64,000 bases of DNA from Octopus sinensis. Its lineage: Eukaryota. Each line of letters starts with the position of its first letter. The stretch's first letter is position 1. The translations under genes were made by a program, and so were the position numbers. The stretch covers positions 7,192,001 to 7,256,000 of the forward strand of contig NC_043006.1 in assembly GCF_006345805.1 (NCBI RefSeq), read 5' to 3'. This document shows positions 52,904 to 64,000 of the stretch, piece by piece. The notes under the pieces are model-generated. The model ran no database searches, was not told where the DNA came from, and was given only the letters and a program-made list of their open reading frames with translations.

Positions 52904-55158
52904 CTATTATTTATTTACAGGCTTGAATAATGCTTGGCGATATTTAGATGTTTTAAATGATTAAAAAGGAGGAATACTACATACAAGAACTTTTCATAAA
53001 AGGTAGTAAAATTTTAAGTTGTAAAGAATATCATCATTGAACACAAGTAGAGAGTTCTAGTTTGGTCAAAATTGGTAAGTTTGACAGTAATTATTTGGAA
53101 GAGGCATCAGTGAATTTTGGTAACCGATTATGCATGAAAGATATTTGTATATAATCAATCATAATTCGATTTCATCGTATCTATCTTGTAGTTTAGATGG
53201 GGGGCGGAGGGGGGGGTTCTCAATGAATTTGTAGCACGAACAGAACATGAACCGCTATAAGTTAACATAAATGCAATTGTAAAAAAAACCCCAGAAAAGT
53301 GGGTTATCTAAAGTAAATATAGAATAAAATACATTGCAATACAATGAAATGGAATTATTTTTTATTCGGATTGCACCAACATTTATTGATTAATTGTAAT
53401 TAAATTTAAGGTATCTGTTATCCTAGATTCTATTTAGGAGTATTCGAATATCAACGTACCAGTGAGCGCGTATGTGTATGTATGAGAATGTGTACATACA
53501 TGTGTAGATGTAGGTATATGACTTTATCCGCGCAGTAAATTGGATGCGTGCGGTTCCACATCGTATGTTGCCGCCTACGCATACAAACAAAAGAAAATAT
53601 ATTGTATTTGGTTTCAATGAAACAAGACCCACGATAATTTAACATCAGGTTCTATATTTGAACTCTAATCACACTACACATTCGTATATAATGTTCACTT
53701 TCATCTCCTAGTGAAAACATTGTCAAACACGACACAAAGAGACTGGTCCAGCATACAGAAGCGGATAATTATTTCGCATCGTCAGCTGTTATTGATTTAT
53801 TGGCTAAGGGAGGAAAGAATTCAATCGACTTTAGATATATTTAAGTTACTTACACTATATCGATCCCAGAAGAATGGAAAGTAAAATCGAGTCTTGCAAG
53901 ATTAGAACCGAGGAAGACTATACTGCCTTATGTAATTAATGTTGTGTTTCAAATCGTTAGCCAAATTCCTTGCCATTTATGTTACCACTCTAGCTTATTA
54001 GAAGCATTTGTGAAACGTGGAAACTGGGCAAGAACTGAATTTAGAAAGAATTTACCATTTAAATTCTATATTAATTCATTTCGACTGGAGTAAACGAGAC
54101 ACACCGAGTCAAGGGGTTGATATCTATGTGGCAGATGAAATGCTAGAAATAGCAGCTACATTTCTCTACTGTATCAGCTACATTTTTCTACTGAAATGAC
54201 AGAAGTAGCAGCTGAATGTTTCTACTGTGTATAGACTCGTGTATTCTGAGGAATTTACTCTTAAACAAATACCGTTCGTAGAAAACCATATAAACTATGT
54301 CATATGAATGATGTATTTTCAATTGGTTTGTACAATTAATCTAAGAATAACGTCGAACAACATTCATGGATGATACAAAGGAAGAGAAATTTAAATTCAA
54401 AAATTAATATTGGTTTCAAATTTTGGCACAAGGCCATCATTTTCGTAGAAGCTGGGTACTTGTTAGCATCGAATCCAGTGCTCATATGGCATGTATTTTT
54501 TTGACCCCGAAAGAATGAAAGGCAAAGTGACCTCGTCGAAATTTAATCTCTAAAGGTAAAACGGTAAAAAAAAAGGACACTAAGCTTGGTCCTCCGGCGT
54601 GCTAACAATTCCTCCAATTCGCCGCTTCAAAGAATTAATGTTGCCATTTATTTATATTTTAATACTCCTGATTTCTAGTCCGGAGAGTTAGCAAAAGAAC
54701 CAGAAATGTTCTAACAAAGAATAAGGGCCTGTCATAAAAACAATCCTTTCTTACAAATCTATGGGTTCGTGATTATGAAAGGAGCTACACAATGGTCTTA
54801 ATTGGATACAGTTTTTGCATTTAATAAGTTGGTTCATTATTGCTATTGAAAGTCCGCTAGCGAGGATGTTATATTTTGTTCCATCGTTAAAGTGATATTA
54901 CCAAAGCTGTACCAAATATCGTTATATTTTTATGAGTGTTTAAAACGGAAGAATTATTTAAAAATAAAGCTCGATTTAAACATGCGTTAGAATTATTACT
55001 GTTGTCTGCAGTGTCTTTAGAAACTAGGTAACATACTGACACGTGAAAAAAACTAACACACAAATATTCTCTCTCATTCCCTCTCTCTTTCTGTCTCTCA
55101 CTCTCCCTCTCTCATTCACACACACAAACACATACACACATACATTCTCTCACTAGCA

Positions 55159-55244
<86 letters not shown>

Positions 55245-55259
55245 ATATATATATAATAT

Positions 55260-55996
55260 ATATATATATACATATATACTTACACACACATATATATAGC
55301 TTGCAGGAGAGTGTAAGCCATACACATACACGTACACACACACACACACAAACGCATAGATATATACACACACAAGCAGATATGGGTATATGGGTACAGG
55401 GTGTCAGAAACAGTAATCAACATGAAATACGAAAACAAATGAGTTCAATACGCAAACAACGAAAGAGTCACATGGAAAACAGAACAAGTAACACAACAAA
55501 CGACCCCTCATCAGTTGTCGGCTTTGTATCTACTTATCATTTCGAAACTTGAACGACAATACGAGCCTTCGAAGACAGTTGCTCCTATAAGTAACAAAAT
55601 AAAATTTTGGATTTATAAAGGATCAAATTAGGGAACAAAAGCAGAACATAAAATGAAACGGAGCGAAAACAAACATGGAGGTTCGTTAGAGCAGAACGAG
55701 GGTAAAATAGCGAACTCTGGAGGAATATTTTCTTTGAAAAGAGAAAAGGTAGAAGAGAAAGATAGAATACGTCCAATCCATATGACAGTCCTAAAGAAAA
55801 AGAAAGATGATCACGTGAGGAAACGAAAGATGGTCGATGATCACGTGTGAGCAACGAGAGAGAGAGATAAGGAGAAAGGGGGGCGAGAGACAAATATAAA
55901 ATGGTGAAGGGAAGAAAAAGGGAATTAGAAAAAAAGGGAGAGAAAACAGTATATAATAGAGTCGCATCCCAATGATTAATATATATATATATATAT

Positions 55997-56031
<35 letters not shown>

Positions 56032-56032
56032 C

Positions 56033-56064
<32 letters not shown>

Positions 56065-56776
56065 ATATATACATATATACTTACACACACATATATATAG
56101 CTTGCAGGAGAGTGTAAGCCATACACATACACGTACACACACACACACACAAACGCATAGATATATACACACACAAGCAGATATGGGTATATGGGTACAG
56201 GGTGTCAGAAACAGTAATCAACATGAAATACGAAAACAAATGAGTTCAATACGCAAACAACGAAAGAGTCACATGGAAAACAGAACAAGTAACACAACAA
56301 ACGACCCCTCATCAGTTGTCGGCTTTGTATCTACTTATCATTTCGAAACTTGAACGACAATACGAGCCTTCGAAGACAGTTGCTCCTATAAGTAACAAAA
56401 TAAAATTTTGGATTTATAAAGGATCAAATTAGGGAACAAAAGCAGAACATAAAATGAAACGGAGCGAAAACAAACATGGAGGTTCGTTAGAGCAGAACGA
56501 GGGTAAAATAGCGAACTCTGGAGGAATATTTTCTTTGAAAAGAGAAAAGGTAGAAGAGAAAGATAGAATACGTCCAATCCATATGACAGTCCTAAAGAAA
56601 AAGAAAGATGATCACGTGAGGAAACGAAAGATGGTCGATGATCACGTGTGAGCAACGAGAGAGAGAGATAAGGAGAAAGGGGGGCGAGAGACAAATATAA
56701 AATGGTGAAGGGAAGAAAAAGGGAATTAGAAAAAAAGGGAGAGAAAACAGTATATAATAGAGTCGCATCCCAATGA

Positions 56777-56790
<14 letters not shown>
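55260..56790 (+). repeat. Direct tandem duplication, period 801 bp
   Basis: Identical ORF translations offset by 801 (55585/56386, 55653/56454). Junctions fall in (TA)n. Confidence 0.95.
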
Positions 56791-56822
<32 letters not shown>

Positions 56823-56832
56823 ATATATAATA

Positions 56833-56899
<67 letters not shown>

Positions 56900-56907
<8 letters not shown>

Positions 56908-57186
56908 AAACTAGAATGTGGAATCTGAAAACAGAAACAATTCCTATCATAGTAGGTGCATTAGGCATGATAAAAAAATATTCAGACAAATACATAACAA
57001 AAACACCAGGACTTACAAACACATATAACATACAGAAAATTGCACTACTAGGCACTGCACACATCCTACGCAGAACACTTTCCATACAATAACCATCAGA
57101 GCATCACAACAAATCACAGCACATACCCAAGGCACACAGAGCTGCGCTCGGTAGTGAAGTGAAAGCACGCTATAAAAATAAAACTA

Positions 57187-57195
<9 letters not shown>
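56900..57195 (+). mobile_element. 5'-truncated R4/Dong-like 3' end embedded in (AAT)n
   Basis: Reads RMWNLKTETIPIIVGALGMIKK...IQKIALLGTAHILRRTLSIQ*, then a 3' UTR. (AAT)n lies on both sides. Confidence 0.85.
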
Positions 57196-57261
<66 letters not shown>

Positions 57262-57353
57262 GGGTAAAATTAATTAATTAAGAATTAATCAATAATTTCA
57301 CCAAGCAGAATTCGGCATGAAAAAAGGACCATTTCATGGTGAACATAAGTAAT

Positions 57354-57405
57354 ACTTAATAAATAGGGTTCAGCAAATCTTTGCTGAACCCTATTTATTA
57401 AGTAT
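57354..57405. repeat. Perfect palindrome with 25-bp arms
   Basis: TACTTAATAAATAGGGTTCAGCAAA-TC-TTTGCTGAACCCTATTTATTAAGTA. Confidence 0.92.
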
Positions 57406-57519
57406 ATATATATATACATACTAATAATTAGAAAATGGAAAAAAAACTACAGATTAACCATCACATCGCTTGGACCACATTTATAGCTTATTTTTTAATA
57501 CAATGCATGACATAACAAA

Positions 57520-58050
57520 ATAGGTGACGTAACATAACGTACGCCTGTTAGTGATCATATTCCCAAGATGCAGTCTATACATAAATGCGAGAATAATGTT
57601 CTTTATCTTCATAGGGCATTCAAATTAAGGCAACGGATCTTCATCAGAGTGAAAAACAAGAGCATACAATATAAACAAATGGGAGAAGGAAGAGGTAAGA
57701 AAACATGGCTAAGACAAATATGTTAAGAGTAAATAATTTACCAAGGGGCTACAGGGTCGGTAAGTAAAAGTGTGAGCTAGTAATGGTCTAGGGAATACTA
57801 CAATTCATTTACGGATAGGAGCAATTTGAAGTGAGTGGGTCAGGATGTTTAAAAAAAGAAGTTCTCAAGAAACTATATATTAGAAAATACTAACATGATT
57901 ATCAAAAATCAGTACCTATGTTGACAGAGTAAACTCAACTAAAAGTAAGCAATTATCGTAGAGTGCTAAAGAAAAATTTACTCACAGAAATTAATACCGA
58001 GAGTCTCACATATGATCAACGATGGGGTAAGTCTAAGTCCAGCGTAATAT
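57520..58050 (-). mobile_element. Probable degenerate Penelope-like 3' fragment
   Basis: Weak endonuclease-end similarity, a pyrimidine-rich UTR and a CTGATGAAG remnant near 57630. Confidence 0.35.
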
Positions 58051-58106
58051 ATATATTACGGAGATGTACTTAAATAGCAAGTGACCTGATCTGATAATGA
58101 GTGCTG

Positions 58107-58640
58107 AAACAAAAACAATTGCAGCGTGTAAGGTGTTTATAAGTCATTTAAAAACACTCAAAAACCGTTCGATTCACTTCAAAATTTAAATTTAATTTCC
58201 CAAAATATATTCGTCCTTTTGTGACCGCGACATGTTCGCTGACAAAATACCTATTTCTTTACTACCCAGAAGGGGATAAACACCGAGGGGACAAACAAGG
58301 ACAGACACACGGATTAAGTCGATTACATCGACTCCAGTGCGTAACTGGTACTTAATTTATCGACCCCGAAAGGATGAAAGGCAAAGTCGACCTCGGCGGA
58401 ATTTGAACTCAGAACGTAACGGCAGACGAAATACGGCTACGCATTTCGCCCGGCATGCTAACGATTCTGCCAGCTCGCTGACAAAATACCGTTCTGCATT
58501 TTATCAGTGAATATCTCGCGGTCACAAAGCGACGAAAATATTTTGGCAAATTAAATGTAAATGTTGAAGTGAATGTAACGTTTTTTGAGTGTTTTAAAAA
58601 TGTCTTATAAACACCTTCCACGCTGCTATTGTGTTTGTGT
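58107..58640. repeat. Imperfect inverted repeat (arms of about 140 bp) split by a SINE
   Basis: GCAGCGTG.AAGGTGTTTATAAG...GACCGCGA and its reverse complement flank the family B SINE. Confidence 0.85.
58246..58480 (-). mobile_element. SINE family B nested in an inverted-repeat element
   Basis: End-to-end match. Flanked by direct repeat GCTGACAAAATACC, which partly overlaps the SINE ends. Confidence 0.9.
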
Positions 58641-58944
58641 CTGTGTGTGTGGATATATATATATGTAAATGTTTACACATATATGTATGTATGTTGTAGA
58701 AAATTTAGCAGATGTATTTTGGAAGAATAAGCGGAATTTACGCAGTTTAGAATGCAAGAAAATGCAAGGAATCAGTATGACAGGTAGTGCCCACATAAAC
58801 TCGAACTATTTAAAATTACAATGTTATCTATTTACACATACAATAAAAAATTCCAATTCCATAAAACAGTATGAGAAGTGCCGAAAAGTTCCAAGTTTTA
58901 AGAGTATGGCAAAAGGCCTGGCTGGAGGTCCCACTTTCCGAGTT

Positions 58945-60060
58945 ATCTAAACCAAAGCCAAGAATTCTCCAACACGGCCTCGTAAATGTTCAAGCTTCAG
59001 TCTATAGATAAACTGGACAAGTGAAATAACTTTATGTGATAGGATAGCTTTCTCCAACACTAAAAACCTCGCCCAGATAATCGCCTCCCACAATATAGGC
59101 TACTTACTAAGACCCTATCACCTTTTTCGGAGGCACAGCCTCTTCCGCTCCCGGTTTAATGCTCAGTAGGAATAATATAGTAGTAATAATGATTGAGAGC
59201 CAGTACAGTGACACATAATCTCAGCTCCAGCCAGGAGTACCCACTAGGGGTAAGTTATATAGGGGTGTTGTGGTTGACGGTAACAATGGGAGTAGGGTAG
59301 AGAGCCCCATTAGCATCCCCAGCATCATTTCCCGCAATAGCAGTACCACGGGCAGTAGCAATGACAGCACTCTGATAGATAGTGGAGAATCAGGGGTTAT
59401 TCCTATAGTTATAGTGACGTAGTGGAAAATAGAGTATAAGCGGCTGCAGGTCTCGGAACGAATATAGTGACAGGAACGCAGTTCTAATTTCAGAAACTAA
59501 TCCTAGCAGATTAAGATTCACGTCGGCGAACTCCAAGATCAAAAACGCCGTCTACCAATGCAAGGTTTACACGGACTCAGATGCCTTCACTTATGTAGGG
59601 GCATCATCCTCAAGATTGTCTTTGCGTGTCTCCAACCATTACGCAACTTTCGGGACGTGAACAAGCGCCAGACCACGGACTCAGTAAGCTAATATGGCGA
59701 CTGAAGATGCGAACTTAAGCTATAGGCTGGAATGGTCAATTTGTCGGTGGCCCTCCCATTTGATAGGGGCAGAAGACGTGCAACCTTTGTGTCTCCGAAC
59801 TCTTCCATATTTTTGTTGCCAGAGGCCGGATGGTGAACGGGCTCTTACAGTCGGCTTTTCGATGCCCCATTGCGGCGTTACACTTATCTGGCCTTTAAAT
59901 AGCGTTTATAAATAATACCGGCACCCATAGCCCTTGGTAACAAATTCTGAAATAGCCTTTAAGATATCTACGATTAACCACTGCAAGGGAATTACTCCTG
60001 TAAGACAAACGGGGCTTGGTTTTTTCACAGCGGGGGGTTTCCTTCAAGGCAGGCTTAGAT
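58945..60060 (+). mobile_element. Penelope-like fragment (RT-EN linker, GIY-YIG endonuclease, terminal repeat)
   Basis: FSNTKNLAQIIASHN, then KNAVYQCKVYTDSDAFTYVGASSSRLSLRVSNHYATF and, across frameshifts, a RR.CNLCVSELFHIF-like motif. Confidence 0.8.
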
Positions 60061-60635
60061 GAACACACACACACATAAAACATAATATATATAATTTAAA
60101 AAAAATTTTTTTCTTTCTGCCACCCAACGGTTATCACGGCAGTAGCCACTGACAGCCGAACGATCAAGCACACACGTACACAAAAAATGTTTTCTACCCC
60201 TACGCCAACACACACATATATAGAACAGTATACACACACACACGTCTCTAAGTAGATTTTTTCTCGCCCTCATAAACATAAACCCTCCAATATTCATAAT
60301 TCAGAACTTTATTCTCGGTCACAAAGAACATCTATACACGCTCACCCCATGATTGACCGATGCCTGACCCGTTGAATTTTCAGCCACCGGTTCTCACATA
60401 CAATGATAAACAGTTTCGCCATGGGCTCTTAGGAGCACAGTTCGATTTGTTTTTTGCTCCGCCTCTGTTCTGTTTTTGTTTTTCCAACGGATTTCCTTTT
60501 TTCTTCTGAAGAGAAGACACAATATGGTCCCATTATTCAATCGGATTTTGGTAATTTGTGCCTTTCGAAACACGGTAGAATGATAAAACGATTTCTGTTC
60601 AATCTGCGTTCAGCCCATTTCTTCAATTCACCAAT

Positions 60636-60706
<71 letters not shown>

Positions 60707-61497
60707 TTATATATAAAAAGTTAGTTTTCAAAATGAGATAAAAAAAACAAATCTGTGAAGATTTTAGAGCATTTATAAATAGGTCTTACAGCTGTTTTCA
60801 GGATATTTATTATATCCCTTCAATGGAGACGGTGTGGTGCGCGCACGCACACGCGCGTGTGTGACCCTGTGTGTGTGTGTGTGTTCTGTTCAGAATCGAT
60901 ACTGGAGTTATTCTTGGGAGAAGTAATAATAATCCTTAGTATAAATATACGTTACATACTTCTTTAAACATGCCGCCCATGTGCCGTCTCGCATCTGTTA
61001 GCATAGAATATAATCAATAAATTTAACCATTAGACAGTGAAATTAAATACTATGTAAAAGCCAATAATACTATTATACTCCGTGAATACAAAACAACTAA
61101 AACCACATCTAACCTTTGAACAAGTTGACTGTAGACTATGACGGTGTGTGATCTAACGCATTGCACTTGACTAAACCCAGGTTTCGATGTGCTAGCTTGT
61201 CATAGATTGATTCCAACTTATATTTCCATTTATATCTATGAAAACATCAAACCAGTCGAACAGAACATAAACATTAAGCATGACCTCTTTATTAGGCCCC
61301 AAAACTGTCTTGTTGCCTAATAATATGGTCTTTTCATTAAAGGCAATATTATATTTTCGGTGATTTCATTAATGTTTCTTTTATGTTAATATAGCTTCAT
61401 GGGATGAGTATATACACATGTACAGACATGCAGAAGCTCAGTAGCGTAATAAATAAACATATACCAATTCGAGTCCTGCATATGTATGTGTGTGTAT

Positions 61498-61625
<128 letters not shown>

Positions 61626-61701
61626 GTGGGTCCCGGGTTGAGTCGGGGTTAACCACAGTAAATAAGGTACTCAATACATAGCAGAGTAAATTAATTTATT
61701 T

Positions 61702-61817
61702 TATAGAAGGAGCTTCTACAGGACTAGAACTGTTTCATTCAAAAGAAGTCATCATGAAGCCTTCCTGATGACTTCTTTGAATGAAACAGTTCTAGTCCTG
61801 TAGAAGCTCCTTCTATA
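61702..61817. repeat. Fold-back hairpin (arms of about 52 bp) containing an HHR motif in the right arm
   Basis: Near-perfect inverted arms. CTGATGA at 61765-61771, GAAAC at 61783-61787, stem III ACAG/CTGT and a GUA triplet. Confidence 0.85.
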
Positions 61818-62157
61818 TATATATATATATACATAATATATATATCCGACATGGCCGCAACCTTTGGGGTGGAACATATAAACGAATAACTATATTTATA
61901 TATACAAATATATATATTTACACACACATATACATAAATGTAGACGCAAACACACACAGACATACAGACAGATAGATAGATAGATAGATAGATAGATAGG
62001 TAAATACATGCATACATACATCTATACATACATACATACATGCATACATACATACATACATACATACATACATACATACATACATACATAGACAATGAAT
62101 CAGACAGAAAGACAGACAGATAAAACAGACAGATTGGCAGATGTATATATATATGTG

Positions 62158-62515
62158 TGGAGGCGCAATGGCCCAGTGGTTAGGGCAGCGGACTCGCAGT
62201 TGTAGGATTGCGGTTTCGATTCCCAGACCGGGCGTTGTGAGTGTTTATTGAGCGAAAACACCTAAAGCTCCACGAGACTCCGGTAGGGGGGGATCTCTGC
62301 TATACTCTTTCACCACAACTTTCTCTCACTCTTTCTTCTGTTGGCCTGCTCGCTTAGCCAGCGGGGTGGCGTCGTTCGAAGGCTAAAACAATGCGAAGCG
62401 CATTGTGATCAGCGATGTGTAGCAACATCTGATGGTCTGGTCGGTCTGATGGTCTGGTCGGTCTGATGGTCTGGTCGGTCTGATGGTCTGGTCGGTCTGA
62501 TGGTCTGATCACGTG

Positions 62516-62517
<2 letters not shown>
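62158..62517 (+). mobile_element. SINE family C with a 17-bp tandem amplification at its 3' end
   Basis: Matches the 2476 copy. (TCTGATGGTCTGGTCGG)x4 plus a partial unit at 62428-62510. Confidence 0.9.
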
Positions 62518-62548
<31 letters not shown>

Positions 62549-62874
62549 ATATATATATTATATAATATATATATATTATATATATATATATAATATATAT
62601 ATATATAGATAGATAGATAACTTTCTTTGTTGGCCGCACTGAACTGGACACAGAGGGGACAAATGAAAAAGAAAAAGGAAAATAAGGGGAAGAAGTAAAA
62701 TTCCGGACAAAGGGGATCCTGTATCACAGAAGAAACTTTAAAAATATATGAAGGAAGTTTAGGTTTATCCGTGGAAAGAAATGCCTACGGAAAAGACCAC
62801 GGTAATCTCAGGTAGGGAGGGATTAAACACAGGAGAGCAAAGTGCTCCCTATCTCTCTCTTTACGATTTACAGG

Positions 62875-63895
62875 ATCATGCACAAAGTGGTTTCGTCGCT
62901 CGCACGCAACATCTGAAACGTTGACCCACCTTTTATTGAAACTTTCACGGGACAAAACATCTCCATTCTCACCGTTCTTTCCAAGTGGTACTTGAAAAAG
63001 TTGATGAGCGATTGGCCAGCGAGGTAAGTGTTTGTCTCTAATCTTTTCGCTCGGGTCCACCACACACATTCTTTCAGCATGGCCACCAGTACGATGAAGA
63101 CTACCTTGCCTTCCCGGTTGAGGGAAAGTGGCAGAGCAATCATCGCGACAGACTCGGCCGACAGGCGGACCTGTCCCACACGTGACAACAGCCGTTCGGC
63201 ATAAGCCGACAGGTCCGAAATGGCTGGTCACTGCATGAGTGCCTCCAGAATAGTTTCGTCGCTCTGACCGCATCTCGGCCAAGTCGGTCCGGTTTTCTCG
63301 AACCATACCTGTAGAACTTATACCGAAAAGGTAATGCTTCTCGGTAGCACTGCTAGGGTAGGGATCTTTGATAATTGTCCATAGGTCCCGGCCCAAAAGT
63401 TGTCCTGAACAGGCAGGTCAGGTGTTCCTCGTCGACGCCCAAATTCTAACCGAAAACGTAGTCGTATCTCCCCTCCACTAATCCTCTATAGAACGCCTTT
63501 GTTGTAATGAAGTCGCACAAGTTTGTTCCCGAACGGCAGAGTTGCTTGGGAGCAACGCGACACTCGCGGTGCCATTCGCCTAGCCTCGGTCTCTGTTTGA
63601 TCCGCGACTGTAGTTCGGTCAAGGAGACTAGTTGCGGGAAAGCGCGCCGCACAAACGGCAACCACGCCGTTCACCGTCGCGTATTAAGCGCCGGAGATGC
63701 CACAGTTTCAGCGCATGTCTGCGCATCATCAACTATGGAATACCTAGCCCTCCATTTAGCGGGTGATGACAGCAAATGGATCGCCTAACCATTGGCACGC
63801 CTCCCTTTCATAGGAAACGAAGAGTATGTGTTCCAGTTTGGAGATGGTAGGGTCGGGACAAGGCACGACGGTCAGACGGTACTCGATCAGAGATT
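62875..63895 (-). mobile_element. Degenerate Tx1/L1-like LINE ORF2 C-terminal fragment
   Basis: YRLTVVPCP...HPLNGGLGIP, a zf-RVT-like QCYREALP...PRCGQSDETI..A..Q.P segment, and a terminal LINFFKYHL...KRWVNV...LCMIL. Confidence 0.75.
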
Positions 63896-64000
63896 ACTTT
63901 TAGGGCACTTGACCATTTAAGAGGATTCCACCAACATCCTACTACTTTATTTCAAAACTTTTGCCATTTAAGCCATGATAAGAGTAGCTTGCGGGCTGGA

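Noticed and set aside
55500-55520. CTGATGA on the minus strand of the duplicated unit (also near 56310)
   Set aside because: No downstream stem II and GAAA could be built, so it was not counted as a hammerhead.

Overview
AT-rich, microsatellite-saturated eukaryotic DNA with no recognisable host protein-coding gene. The (TA)n/(CA)n/(TAA)n load and the SINE families fit an octopod (cephalopod) genome; this is inference from recalled repeat families, not a database match. Identifiable content is almost all transposon-derived. It includes a nearly full-length CR1-group LINE (20370-24700, minus) and a 5'-truncated relative, R4/Dong-like, RTE, Tx1/L1-like and Penelope-like (PLE) fragments, three mariner remnants, two Helitron-like elements, and about 20 tRNA-headed SINE copies from at least four families. 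Best leads: (1) the LINE ORF1 joins a Myb/SANT-like domain, polyQ and two CCCH fingers; (2) a tRNA-headed element carries a hammerhead ribozyme (HHR) tail, arranged head-to-head with a second tail; (3) an R4/Dong-type RT runs into a PLE-type GIY-YIG nuclease where its own CCHC/RLE should start; (4) many type I HHR motifs occur, one apparently intact, often in inverted or fold-back pairs; (5) an RTE insertion has a 5' inversion. All alignments and folds were done by eye.
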